64,000 nt of DNA from Nitrospirota bacterium (GTDB lineage: Bacteria; Nitrospirota; Thermodesulfovibrionia; Thermodesulfovibrionales; Dissulfurispiraceae), in NCBI GenBank assembly GCA_963790025.1, contig CAWBMP010000004.1:1408001-1472000 (forward strand), in the 5' to 3' direction. This document shows positions 20,266 through 30,261 of this stretch, in pieces (position 1 is the stretch's first letter; every line of letters starts with the position of its first letter). Made by a program: the position numbers and the translations under genes. The notes beneath the pieces are model-generated. The model did no database searches, was not told where the DNA came from, and saw nothing but the letters and a program-made list of their open reading frames with translations.

Positions 20266-20367
20266 TAGGTTATAAATATTATATAAAGTCTACAGGAAAA
20301 GTCTATATATGAAATGATTCGTCAGTGAAGTTTGGTAACAATGCTATATTGTGGCATTTTTATTTTT

Positions 20368-20625
20368 TTATGAATCCAATTTCTCGTAAACAAAAGTCGT
20401 TGTTGCTCCCATTAATGGTCCTATTATTTCTTTTCTCTTAACATTACATAAATTCTCAAATTTCGTGCTTCCCAATGCGGAACATACTGCGGGCAATGAC
20501 TGAGACAGGGACATCTGATGATGGATGTCTCCCGCCCTGACTGAAACCAGTTTGTCATTTCTTTTTCTTGCAGGGTTAATATAATTGTTCTTTGTAAATT
20601 CCCTAATCAAGTCTGCTTTTTTCAT
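20368..20625 (-). CDS. Small hypothetical, possibly a wHTH-like DNA-binding domain
   Basis: VRAGDIH...PAVCSAL; AGGAG RBS. Confidence 0.6.
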   Translation of the reverse strand: MKKADLIREFTKNNYINPARKRNDKLVSVRAGDIHHQMSLSQSLPAVCSALGSTKFENLCNVKRKEIIGPLMGATTTFVYEKLDS

Positions 20626-20643
20626 TTTAATTGTTCTCCTATC

Positions 20644-22044
20644 CTACCACTGTAGCCCTCTTTTAATTAAAACATCTTGTGCGTCTTTATCGCCCAGTCG
20701 CGAGGCTGTTTTGTAATCTTTGATTGCCTGCTGTTGGTTGCCTAATTTGTCATAAGCAAATCCCCGATTAAAGTAAGCCCCTGCGTCGTCAGGCTTAAGT
20801 TCTATCGCTTTATTGAAATCCTTAATTGCCTCCTGATAGTTGCCTAACTCCGCATAATCAGCCCCCCGATTACTATGAGCATATGGATAATCAGGCTTGA
20901 GTTTTATTACCTCTGACAAATCCTTAATAGCCTGCTGATGATTGCCCAAACTCCCATAAGCAAATCCCCTACGATAATAAGCCTCTGGGTCATCAGGCTT
21001 GAGTTCTATTACTTTGCTGTAATTCTTTATCGCCTCTTGAAAGTTGCCTAAACTGCGATAAGCAAGTCCCCTATCGTAATAAGCCTCAGCAAACGCGGGC
21101 TTGAGATTTATCGCTTCGTTGAAGTCTTTAATCGCCTCCTGAAAGTTGCCTAAATTGTAATAAGCAATTCCCATACCGTAATAAGCCTCAGCCCAATCAG
21201 GGTTGAGTTTTATCGCTCTGTTATATTCTTTAACAGCCTGCTGATGATTGCCCAATCTATCGTAAGAGAACCCCCTACCATAATAAGCAAGCACAGAAAC
21301 TGGTTCAAGTTTTATTGCATTATCGTAATCTTTAATAGCCTGCTGATAGTTACCTAATCTTTCGTAAGCAACTCCCCGATTATGATAAGTCAATGCGACA
21401 TCAGGTTTGAGTTCTATGGCTTTAGTAAATGCTTCCGATGCTTCTTTCCATCGTTCTGCGTTAGAAGCCTCATAACCCTTTTCAACCCAATCAACCGCAT
21501 TAAGCCCACTTATTGTCTTTTCATATGCATCTATATTTTGAGCCTCTGTTTTTTTATCCAAATCATTTGATTTTGTTGCTACCTCAAGTTTTCTTCTTAG
21601 CCTTTCGTTCTCTTTGGTTAATTCCTCTGCCTTCTTCCTTGTTTCTTCAAGTTCTTGTGTCTTGTATCTGTTTTCAACAAGTTTCTTTAAGATTTTTTCC
21701 ACTTCTTTAGGGTCAGCAGACACCTTTGCCTTCAGCCAATAAGACTTTCCGTCCCATTTTTCATCTATCACTTCCGCACCCACAATACCCGCCGAATATG
21801 TAGTCACCTGGTCTTTCGTAAGCTGCATGTTCTTTACTTCGGTCTCGCTGACAAGATACGTGCCCAGTTCTTCAAGCAACAGCCTCTTTACCGTTTCAAG
21901 AGCAAGCGTCCTACTTGAGTTCCTGCTGTCAAAATCGCTGGCTTGGTATGTGTATTCCTTCTCAAAAGTTACGGTTTCTGCAAGGGCTAACGACGGAGAT
22001 AAACAGATGATGATAAAACACAATATAAGACAGGCACGCTTCAT
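20644..22044 (-). CDS. Exported tetratricopeptide-repeat protein
   Basis: Signal peptide; about 8 tandem 34-aa TPRs (AYYNRG...QAIKDY..AI.LKP). Confidence 0.92.
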   Translation of the reverse strand: MKRACLILCFIIICLSPSLALAETVTFEKEYTYQASDFDSRNSSRTLALETVKRLLLEELGTYLVSETEVKNMQLTKDQVTTYSAGIVGAEVIDEKWDGKSYWLKAKVSADPKEVEKILKKLVENRYKTQELEETRKKAEELTKENERLRRKLEVATKSNDLDKKTEAQNIDAYEKTISGLNAVDWVEKGYEASNAERWKEASEAFTKAIELKPDVALTYHNRGVAYERLGNYQQAIKDYDNAIKLEPVSVLAYYGRGFSYDRLGNHQQAVKEYNRAIKLNPDWAEAYYGMGIAYYNLGNFQEAIKDFNEAINLKPAFAEAYYDRGLAYRSLGNFQEAIKNYSKVIELKPDDPEAYYRRGFAYGSLGNHQQAIKDLSEVIKLKPDYPYAHSNRGADYAELGNYQEAIKDFNKAIELKPDDAGAYFNRGFAYDKLGNQQQAIKDYKTASRLGDKDAQDVLIKRGLQW

Positions 22045-22480
22045 ATATCCCCCAAGTATAGAATAGCCTTATTCTATTAATGTGTCAGCACTGCGTCAAG
22101 GTAATATTCACGCTTTTTCATGATATCCATGCTTTTCCATGAGCATATATATTATATAATGAGAACACAAATATTACGTTCCTCGATTTTTTTGATAATC
22201 GGACAGCACCGGACAGCAAACGTATATATAGGAGCCGTCTGCCAAGCCCCTCTGTGATAGGAGTTGGAAGGTAGATTTAAAACGATGACAAAACCACAGA
22301 CTTGATAACGATGCACGGACGGGGGTAGGGTTTAGTAGTTCAAAGAATAGAAAATGACATAGTAAGGTATTAACCACGCCGAGACAGTGGCTTAAAAGGC
22401 TTTACGTTAAGCCACTGTAAACGATTTATGTCAGGTTCGACGGTTTTTTTATCACTCAATGACTTTTTTTAAAATAATTA

Positions 22481-23326
22481 TTATATTTTCTTTGCCTTTG
22501 ACTTTGACGTCGCCTTTGACTTTGCCATTACGGCTTTTATAGAGTCTTTCCACTTTACCTGGCGATGTCCTTTAAGAGCCTTGACGAGCCGTTTGATTTC
22601 ATCATTGGATTGCAAGGCTTCAATTTTTTCAATTGCCTTCACATTTTTCGGGATGGATGTGTCCACGCGAGTCCGCATCATCTTCATTTTGCCCAGCCAA
22701 ATAGTCTCGCTAACATGTTTCGCAATCTCCTTCACCGTAATTAATGCGTCGTCTGTCCCAAGGAGCATCGGCTCCATTGATACCGATGTGTTAAATCCAT
22801 GATCAAAAGCATAGGCAAGGGATTTTAATCTCTCAGACGGTGACGGGGCGCCGGGTTCCCAGAATTTGGCGACTTCATTCTTCAGCGTGCCGACAGTGAA
22901 CCGGAATAAAATCTGCTTCTTGAATTCACCGAATTCATCACACAACCTCTTGATGCACCGCAAATGTGGCTTAGATACAATTAGAACTTCATTGCCTGCT
23001 TTAAGCAAACTTCTAAGCACAGTAATGGCATGTGGTAAATAATCGGGAGATATGTCATGTGTCGTCGGAAACATTACCGTTCCCTTATATTTCTTGTGTT
23101 TGCTTTCAACTTTACTCTTATCGACGATCTCGTTGCTCCAATCTGCTCGTTTAAGCCTGCCATACCGCACAGCCATGCTTCGGGCATAGCAGTAGAGGCA
23201 ATCGTGAGAACAGCCCAATCCAATATTGATATTCTTTTCCGCCCATTCTTTGGTTCCTGTGCCTGTCCTCTTTTTGGGTTTTATAATTGTTTTTTTATTT
23301 GTCTTTGTGGCTTTCTTTTTTGGCAT
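22481..23326 (-). CDS. Radical SAM protein (SPL/DUF5131-like)
   Basis: GTKEWA, GCSHDCLYCYA (CxxxCxxC), WEPGAP, SMEPML. Confidence 0.82.
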   Translation of the reverse strand: MPKKKATKTNKKTIIKPKKRTGTGTKEWAEKNINIGLGCSHDCLYCYARSMAVRYGRLKRADWSNEIVDKSKVESKHKKYKGTVMFPTTHDISPDYLPHAITVLRSLLKAGNEVLIVSKPHLRCIKRLCDEFGEFKKQILFRFTVGTLKNEVAKFWEPGAPSPSERLKSLAYAFDHGFNTSVSMEPMLLGTDDALITVKEIAKHVSETIWLGKMKMMRTRVDTSIPKNVKAIEKIEALQSNDEIKRLVKALKGHRQVKWKDSIKAVMAKSKATSKSKAKKI

Positions 23327-23461
23327 GATTGTTATTCCTCCTTTTCCTAAAGTCCCGCCATTTTAGCACTATCAGCGTAATCCTATTCATACATTAAAAT
23401 GTGGTTGCGACAGGTTTTATCCTTTAATATCGGGAATAAATGACTAATCTTAAATTTGCCG

Positions 23462-23631
23462 TTATGAAGGGTATGAATAGTATGAAAGCACTTTTATAAT
23501 TTTCGCATACGTATACATATATTGTTTTTTTATGAAATTGCCTTCATAGTATTCACAAACCTTCATGAGCCTTTTAAATCAATAAGATATAACCATGAAG
23601 GACAATGAAAGGTTCCGGCAACCCTTCATGG
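23462..23631. repeat. Array of ATGAA(GG)/(CC)TTCAT short repeats between divergent genes
   Basis: About 9 copies in both orientations. Confidence 0.7.
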
Positions 23632-23691
23632 TTTTTCGGCTGCTAAAAAGACGGTTGGCATGGCGGTTAAGGTGAACTATAATTATAGTGT

Positions 23692-24132
23692 ATGAAACGC
23701 AATACACAACACACATCTTCCGCCGCTGTGATGGCTACTGGAGCCGAACTTTCCCGACGGGGTTATGATGTTACTTTCACTCTCGGTAATACACGTAAAG
23801 TGGACATGTTGTGCTCGGTTCCGGATGGGCAAACTTTCAAAATTCAGGTGAAGGGAATTTCTAATCCAGCTGCTTTTTACATTGATAAATCTTTTTTCGA
23901 TGGAGATGCTCAACAATACCTCTTTTTGGTAGTTGTACTCGTTCCGAAATGCATTAGCTCACCGTTTAAATTCTTTATTCTTTCCCATAAAGAAGCACAG
24001 GAGGAATTTAATAAACTGCCCACACATAAAAGGGATGGCAGTCTCATTACAAAAGGGTTTGGACTCGGTTGGAGTTCGATTAAGTTTTATGAGAATAGGT
24101 GGAATACATTCCCTATAGTTCAGAAGGAATAA
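23692..24132 (+). CDS. PD-(D/E)XK-fold nuclease
   Basis: ELSRRGY...GNTRKVDML...KIQVKG. Confidence 0.75.
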   Translation: MKRNTQHTSSAAVMATGAELSRRGYDVTFTLGNTRKVDMLCSVPDGQTFKIQVKGISNPAAFYIDKSFFDGDAQQYLFLVVVLVPKCISSPFKFFILSHKEAQEEFNKLPTHKRDGSLITKGFGLGWSSIKFYENRWNTFPIVQKE

Positions 24133-24151
24133 GCCCTACCACTCAATTAAA

Positions 24152-24262
24152 ACCAACATACCAATAAACCAATAAACCTGCTTGGCAGTGCTGGCTATGA
24201 AAAAACAGCATTATAAGAGCCGTCATAGCCTGCCTGCCAATAAACTCAAACCAATAAACTGT
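24152..24262. repeat. CCAATAAAC repeats flanking a TTGGCAG..GGCTATGA / TCATAGCC..CTGCCAA inverted repeat
   Basis: Four CCAATAAAC copies plus a dyad. Confidence 0.65.
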
Positions 24263-24547
24263 CTATATCTTCCGGTGAATAATAAGCTCACAGTCCGCTT
24301 TCTGTGGTTTACGCCTGCCTGTCATGATGTCAAAGACAATTTGAGGGACATCATATCCGGCCTGCGTTAAATCAGAAATAATCTGGGTAGCCGACACAGT
24401 CTCGCGTGGATAAGCGAACTCGACATCGTATTCATGAAACTCCCGCAATATGTCCTGTAACTGGGCATTAAGATATTCATCCATCAGTTCCGTTGTTTCC
24501 ACTTGCCTCGCCCTCGGCGATTTCTTTTTCTTGAATATTTTAAACAT
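24263..24547 (-). CDS. Hypothetical protein
   Basis: AAGGAGG RBS before MFKIFKKKK. Confidence 0.6.
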   Translation of the reverse strand: MFKIFKKKKSPRARQVETTELMDEYLNAQLQDILREFHEYDVEFAYPRETVSATQIISDLTQAGYDVPQIVFDIMTGRRKPQKADCELIIHRKI

Positions 24548-24605
24548 AGTAGCGTCCTCCTTATTTCCTATAAATATATGACGATGCAACTGCAAAAATA
24601 AATCA

Positions 24606-24743
24606 TGGTGTGTGTGGGGTTAAAAAAATCTCCGAAAGGCAAAACCAGTGCAGAGCAGAAACAGCCGTGGTGTGTGTGGGTTGAACCTACGAAGTCAGAA
24701 ACAGGGCAGAGGCAAGAAGAGTCTTTAAATCTGGTGTGTGTGG
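24606..24743. repeat. Three TGGTGTGTGTGG direct repeats (periods 62 and 64 bp)
   Basis: Exact 12-mers at 24606, 24668 and 24732. Confidence 0.8.
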
Positions 24744-24792
24744 TAAAAGAACCGGAGAGCCATTAAAGAAATAGGATAATTACTAAAAAATC

Positions 24793-25020
24793 TTAGTCAT
24801 CCCCGTGGTTAATATTGTCAATATAAAATTTATCTGTGATTGAAAGACTGGTTGTTCTTTCCATGTCGTTACAGTTATCGTCTTCTTCGTGTCTGCCGAT
24901 ACTTTCATTGTTTATTCCTTTATTATTCTTAATACCTTTCCGTATTCTGTAAATAATTATGCCAGCAAGCGATACAAACACAATCATAAATCCGATAGTA
25001 ATAATGCCTTCAAAGTTCAT
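24793..25020 (-). CDS. Small single-TM protein
   Basis: GGAGG RBS; IITIGFMIVFVSLAGIIIY. Confidence 0.5.
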   Translation of the reverse strand: MNFEGIITIGFMIVFVSLAGIIIYRIRKGIKNNKGINNESIGRHEEDDNCNDMERTTSLSITDKFYIDNINHGDD

Positions 25021-25302
25021 TTTACCGCCTCCCACAAATCCAATATTGCCGCCGATATCCATGCTTCAATATACCACATATCGGAACTATATATGAGAAC
25101 CTCATTCTTTTATACGGTGTTACCACATAAAGAAACTATATATAGTCGCCAGATTGTTTTATCGTGACACTCATAAAGTAGTCTCAATGTGTAGTTCCCA
25201 ATTTATTTTATTGATGCCACGCAATCAGGAGTTGCATTTTGGGTATTTACAGAGCGTGAGGGTATGCACCGCATACCTGACACTATATATCGGAGGTAAG
25301 TA

Positions 25303-25536
25303 ATGAAAGTTTTTGTAAAGGTAACGCTGAACCAATCATCAGCATTTGAAAAACTTATAATGCAGGAACTCGGAGACAACCGCGCGGGCAGTATTAAGAA
25401 ATTATCGTATGAGGGGATATTATTCCGACGTTTTCTTGCCTCGCTACTCCCTGCACAAACGGAAACTGTAACACCCATTTCGGAACCGAAGAAAAATGAA
25501 CCGACGGGCATAGGCGATATCATGGGAGAATTTTAA
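25303..25536 (+). CDS. Small hypothetical protein (possible RHH)
   Basis: GGAGG RBS; 77 aa. Confidence 0.5.
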   Translation: MKVFVKVTLNQSSAFEKLIMQELGDNRAGSIKKLSYEGILFRRFLASLLPAQTETVTPISEPKKNEPTGIGDIMGEF

Positions 25537-25539
25537 TTT

Positions 25540-25929
25540 ATGGCGATACCAAAGAAAGTTGAACGATTAATACTGAATATAGCCAGCAGGACAGACAACC
25601 CCATGGATTTCGCTATGGCTATACTGCACGAACGCCGTCTTATACGCTGGCGACTGTCTCGATTATCAAAGGCAGACAAGGTGAACCTAATAGCAACTTC
25701 GAAGCCTGGCCTCCATAACGCTATGGACATATTTCTCTATAGCAGAATGTCCGGACTATTGCAGTCAGGGAAAACCATACGCATGCATGAAGTGCTGTCT
25801 GAAGCATCCAAGTTTTTTCAGTGTTCAATTACACTTTCATTAAAAATAAAAGCATACCGTGTAAGGGAGATTGTCTATCAGGAGCGTAAATATAAAAAGA
25901 GGAAAATGCAGGCTGTGCTGGAAACATAG
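25540..25929 (+). CDS. Basic hypothetical protein
   Basis: 129-aa ORF directly downstream of 25303-25536. Confidence 0.45.
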   Translation: MAIPKKVERLILNIASRTDNPMDFAMAILHERRLIRWRLSRLSKADKVNLIATSKPGLHNAMDIFLYSRMSGLLQSGKTIRMHEVLSEASKFFQCSITLSLKIKAYRVREIVYQERKYKKRKMQAVLET

Positions 25930-26107
25930 TCTCTCACCAAGCATAATAATGATACGTTTTTTTTAGTTTTGCATAATTCACCAACCTAAAAAACAGCATC
26001 ACCGCCGAAGTCGAAGCCGTTGCCTTTCCGTTCCGACAGCCGTCGCTAAACTTATGTTCCTCCTGTCAAAAGATTGAAAAGCAAGAATTGACATTTCATC
26101 GAGAACT

Positions 26108-27172
26108 CTAATATTTATGCTGAACCGGCGGCCATGGGAAAGTATTAAAGTCAATTTCTTTAATAGTTCCATCTTCATTATGTAACCATGTCATTACACT
26201 ATCGGGGGGGACAAAAATTGAGCTAAGGGGAACGTCTAATCTATCCGCCAACAGCTGTGCATAAACATTCGATTTCCACTCGTCAAACAATGGCTTCTTG
26301 CTAAGCCCCGCTAATGGCATCTGGTATACCTTGAGTGTTTCTTTTCCTTCCTCTTCAAACCATATATACTTCGGAACTCTATTAAAGAGTGCAGCCTTGT
26401 AGCTAACGCAAGTAGCAATTTCTTGAAATTGAACCGGATGTAATGCCATGTCCCTATATTTATCCCAGAAGTCATCATCATATTGTTGTGCCCCGCCATC
26501 TTGTAAGACAGCAATTATACCGACATCTGACATGCGGCAGGATATGAACATGTTATTTAAACCATCACCAAAATCCCATTGATACCTGACGTCATCTGGA
26601 GATTTAGTTTTGAAAATAAGGAGTGAGGCTGGGAAGAACCCATCGAATATTATGGGACGTCTTAGGCTCTGTAAAAAAAAATGATGCATCTGAAATTCGT
26701 TCAGCAATTCAGGTGAGGTTATAGCCTCACTTTCAGGGGAACTTCTATCAAACGCTAAAAAAAGTTCCTTATACAGTATTCCGTAAAATATTTTCCCAAG
26801 CCACTGAAAAAGGGTTAACTTATCTAACGTTTGAACAGCCTTGACTCCCTGTGCAACTGCATCGGCAACTTTAGTTTCTATAGGTTGAAGAACTTTGTTA
26901 TTACATTCGTAGCAGGCAGGTATCGTTAACTGTCTATATAAAATTGTTGTTCCATTCAGAAGATATAATTTTTGGTCCCATAACTCATAAGAGTTCTGAG
27001 CCCATGTTGGAATTACATGTTCTCTTGTTAACGATTTTTGCGTTACCTTCTGTCCGCATAAAAAACAATGCTCATCACTAAAACTGCGTTCGAAAACTGC
27101 CTTGTATAACCTACTGGGAGCATCACTTTCCATAATACAATTATACATATCTGACATAAGAAATTTACACAA
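26108..27172 (-). CDS. HNH-like endonuclease domain protein (start uncertain, may be 27133)
   Basis: CFLCG...TREHVIP.W...IPACYECNN. Confidence 0.75.
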   Translation of the reverse strand: MCKFLMSDMYNCIMESDAPSRLYKAVFERSFSDEHCFLCGQKVTQKSLTREHVIPTWAQNSYELWDQKLYLLNGTTILYRQLTIPACYECNNKVLQPIETKVADAVAQGVKAVQTLDKLTLFQWLGKIFYGILYKELFLAFDRSSPESEAITSPELLNEFQMHHFFLQSLRRPIIFDGFFPASLLIFKTKSPDDVRYQWDFGDGLNNMFISCRMSDVGIIAVLQDGGAQQYDDDFWDKYRDMALHPVQFQEIATCVSYKAALFNRVPKYIWFEEEGKETLKVYQMPLAGLSKKPLFDEWKSNVYAQLLADRLDVPLSSIFVPPDSVMTWLHNEDGTIKEIDFNTFPWPPVQHKY

Positions 27173-27242
27173 TGACGCTATGAAAAGTTATCACCAATAT
27201 GTAATATATAAGCGTGCGAGGGAATGAAAGGAGCAGAATAAG

Positions 27243-27788
27243 ATGGCATTTTTGATTTATGAAAAACAAGGTAATTATTTAATTCCAACCGGAGAATATT
27301 ACAGTCTTGCTGGATATAACTTGATATATAATTTGTGGGAGAAGAGAAAGAAACCAACTGATGAGGGTTGGCACATGAGCGCCGATGATTTAATTCAAGA
27401 ATATACCGAAGGCAAGGGCAATATTGAGACCCACTCACTTCTTATAGACTTCCATCCTGGCGCTACGAGAAGAATCGGAATTATAGAACTTTTGGATATT
27501 TATGCATATACATATTCTGGTAGTTCTGACATTGAAGCGGCTTGGACGCCAATGATGCTTAGATTACGAGAAGTTTTTTACAAGGATGATTATAAAAATG
27601 AAATCACCAGGTCGGAAAAGGAAGCAACGCTGAAGAAACTCGCACAACCTTCAGCAGATGCCGACGATTTTGTCGAGTTTCTATATCTCAATGGAAATGA
27701 TAAGGGTTGGAACTGGGGTCGTAACGGAATGGTAAATGCGGCATTCATACATGCTCCGGCAAGAGCATATTTCAAGAAATATTTTTAG
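27243..27788 (+). CDS. Hypothetical protein
   Basis: AAGGAG RBS; 181 aa, Trp/Tyr-rich. Confidence 0.7.
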   Translation: MAFLIYEKQGNYLIPTGEYYSLAGYNLIYNLWEKRKKPTDEGWHMSADDLIQEYTEGKGNIETHSLLIDFHPGATRRIGIIELLDIYAYTYSGSSDIEAAWTPMMLRLREVFYKDDYKNEITRSEKEATLKKLAQPSADADDFVEFLYLNGNDKGWNWGRNGMVNAAFIHAPARAYFKKYF

Positions 27789-27997
27789 TAAGCCGAATAT
27801 TGTGGTAAGTAATTCATTGATAATCCCTAAAGGTATTGCAGACGGGTTATACCGTGTAATGAAAAAGGCATAGTGCAAATAATCATACCTTGTTTACCAT
27901 GTCAAGCATCGAAATAGTCACATCCGCCGTAAGCAACGATATTGCCATTTGTAACTTTTCAGGCTATATCAAACATCTTGTCTGTCACTCGCCAAAA

Positions 27998-28333
27998 TTA
28001 TCTGTCCTCCTGCCAAGCCCAAGCCGCTATTGTTGGGTTTCCCGGTTCAACGCTCTCTATCTGCATATCGGGGGTTACATCAAACCATACTTTACGTAAC
28101 TCTTGCGGATACTTTGGATTAATATGTTCGAGTGCATGAGAAACAAAGGATGCAGGGGAATAGTATACACCTGCCCCTGCTCCCATTTGCGCAGAATACT
28201 CCGCCTCGATTCTCGCCGCCAAGGGTGCATCTCTTTTCTTAATCCTATTGAAGATTTGGTAAGGGAAAAGGAAATGTCCTCCCGACTCCCTGAGAACCTC
28301 TATAAGAACAGCGTCAATTTCATTAAAATGCAT
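27998..28333 (-). CDS. Hypothetical protein
   Basis: AAGGAGG RBS; co-oriented with the upstream NDT-like gene. Confidence 0.65.
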   Translation of the reverse strand: MHFNEIDAVLIEVLRESGGHFLFPYQIFNRIKKRDAPLAARIEAEYSAQMGAGAGVYYSPASFVSHALEHINPKYPQELRKVWFDVTPDMQIESVEPGNPTIAAWAWQEDR

Positions 28334-28357
28334 CTGTAAGCCTCCTTGTGTTACGAA

Positions 28358-29329
28358 TTATTCATCTGTAAGTATGGCATCTTCCGGGAGTGTCGCTCGA
28401 ATTGTCGCCTTTAACTCCTCTCCCGTTGCATCCGGATTATCCGCATCCCATTTTATCGTAAGGTGATGGTTGGTATCAAAATGTGTCTTAGCCTTGTCAA
28501 ACTTAGTTTTTTCACAGGTATAAATCACCGGTTTATTTAAGCCCTCTGCATATCCAGCTTCCCAGTATGCCCCGGCATTGTCATGAGTAAGGTCGGCAAT
28601 CAAAAATCGTGATGTCCGTATTTCTACTCGTAATCTATCGTCAATCAGTCCTGCCCGCTGATTGTCCGTTAACAGGCGCAAATCAAACCCAGTTTTTTGA
28701 ACGGCAGGCTTAAAGACGTTTTCAACAATTGTCTTCAGTGGCTCTTCTCCAAATTTCATAGCCATAAACGCCTTTCGGCTACTCTTAACTCCTTTCTTCA
28801 ACTCTTCATAGTATTTCCATCCATCAAACGTAAGAGTCTGAGATAAATTGTTGACACTATATTCCCCTCCTTTACCTTCAATCAGTTTTTTGCTAACCAG
28901 ATATAGAAGAATAAAATAGAATCCGTCGTCGGACTTTGCACCGATAATTGACTGGTGAGTCTGTGCCCTGATATCCATGCACTCCCCTGGACCTTTAACA
29001 TTGTCACCCAACCACAAGATAAAGTTGTCGGCTTGCTCCATTGGATTTGGCAGTTTGCCTTTTAAGACGGTTTCAACAATATCCTTTGAAAGCAATGGTG
29101 TCTTCATGCGACGAACGCTATGGCTGAGCAATGCAATTCTTTCAGTGTCGTTATCAAGTATGCCCTTAAGAGAGGCATGCATTACAAAATCCACTGAGAA
29201 TTCTCCGCACCTTGGACAATCATATGTCGTATCCATGCCCATTATGTTTGGTGCACGCCCGCGCGCCGCTGTCTGTGCGGGATGAAAAAGTGTCGAATTG
29301 CATATTAAACATTGCGTTTCTATTTCCAT
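28358..29329 (-). CDS. Zn-ribbon + wHTH + nucleoside 2-deoxyribosyltransferase/TIR-like domain protein
   Basis: CLIC..CPRC; LTFDGW; AFMAMKF...IADLTHDNAGAYWEAGYAEGLNKPVI...HFD. Confidence 0.8.
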   Translation of the reverse strand: MEIETQCLICNSTLFHPAQTAARGRAPNIMGMDTTYDCPRCGEFSVDFVMHASLKGILDNDTERIALLSHSVRRMKTPLLSKDIVETVLKGKLPNPMEQADNFILWLGDNVKGPGECMDIRAQTHQSIIGAKSDDGFYFILLYLVSKKLIEGKGGEYSVNNLSQTLTFDGWKYYEELKKGVKSSRKAFMAMKFGEEPLKTIVENVFKPAVQKTGFDLRLLTDNQRAGLIDDRLRVEIRTSRFLIADLTHDNAGAYWEAGYAEGLNKPVIYTCEKTKFDKAKTHFDTNHHLTIKWDADNPDATGEELKATIRATLPEDAILTDE

Positions 29330-29390
29330 GATGTGCTCCCTTTTCGGTAAATATAACACAGCCGAGCAAGCCTTCAATAGCTTGAAACTA

Positions 29391-29487
29391 CATTTTCAGC
29401 CCATATCAGACATCCTGTCAGCCTAAAATAACGGTGTGTAGAGCTTTATATTAAGCCGTTCTTGCCCTTCCGGATGGGAAAAGGTAT
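29391..29487. repeat. About 97-bp direct repeat, copy 1 (flanks SRAP)
   Basis: About 78% ungapped identity to 30262-30359 by manual alignment. Confidence 0.8.
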
Positions 29488-29553
29488 GGAATGGCGGGGA
29501 ATGAACCTGATAGCGATAAACGCTGAAATGCCGTATATGTATTAACCTTGTAT

Positions 29554-30222
29554 TCACTCTTCAACTGGCAGTATATTTGTTGCCGAATCGAACTTCGGAG
29601 AATTTACCGTATTAGACACCTGATACATCTCCATTTCTTCTGATGCATAGGGACGCAGAAAACCCTTCAGTGCATTGTAATCCTTAACCCCCGGATTTAA
29701 CCACAAGTCCACGTTCTCCTCCGGGACTATGACCGGCATGCGGTTATGTATGGCAGATACCAAACTATTCGACTCAGTTGTGATAATTGCGCATCCGCAA
29801 ATTTTACTTACAGCAGGCAATGACGAATACTGATATAGTCCAGCAAAGCCCATGGGCTTGCCGGATTTTAACCTGATGTAATAAGGAATCTTTTTCTGTT
29901 TGTCTCGCTTCCACTCATAAAACCCATCGGCTATAACCAGACACCTGTGTTTTTTGAATGCCTCTTTGAAGTATGGTTTCTCATCAATAGTCTCGGCTCT
30001 GGCATTAATCATGGGGCTTGCTTCGGAAATATCTTTTATCCATGGAGGCAAGAACCCCCACCGGCATTTGATAAGTTCCCTTATCCCTGTATCGTTGATA
30101 ATGACGATATCTTGCGAAGGTGCAATATTATGGCTGGAGGAAATCTCAAATGATGCAGGCGCCGCATGGAATATCTCTATTATTGTAGAGACGGGACTGC
30201 TTCTGACAAATCTGCCACACAT
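29554..30222 (-). CDS. SOS response-associated peptidase (SRAP/YedK/HMCES family)
   Basis: MCGRF N-terminus, NIAPSQ, INARAET, GFYEW, HNRMPV. Confidence 0.95.
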   Translation of the reverse strand: MCGRFVRSSPVSTIIEIFHAAPASFEISSSHNIAPSQDIVIINDTGIRELIKCRWGFLPPWIKDISEASPMINARAETIDEKPYFKEAFKKHRCLVIADGFYEWKRDKQKKIPYYIRLKSGKPMGFAGLYQYSSLPAVSKICGCAIITTESNSLVSAIHNRMPVIVPEENVDLWLNPGVKDYNALKGFLRPYASEEMEMYQVSNTVNSPKFDSATNILPVEE

Positions 30223-30261
30223 GATTTAACATATCATTCCGGGCAGGATATGTCCATTTAC

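Noticed and set aside
20700..21500. Roughly 102-bp tandem DNA repeats
   Set aside because: Explained by TPR coding repeats; no reverse transcriptase, so no DGR.
22200..22380. Possible cos/pac-like GGGGGTAGGG segment
   Set aside because: Only a vague resemblance and no terminase gene nearby.
24606..24743. CRISPR array
   Set aside because: Repeat only 12 nt and non-palindromic, three copies, no cas genes; kept as an unexplained repeat.
25930..26100. Possible oriT
   Set aside because: No match to nic motifs I can recognise and no relaxase.
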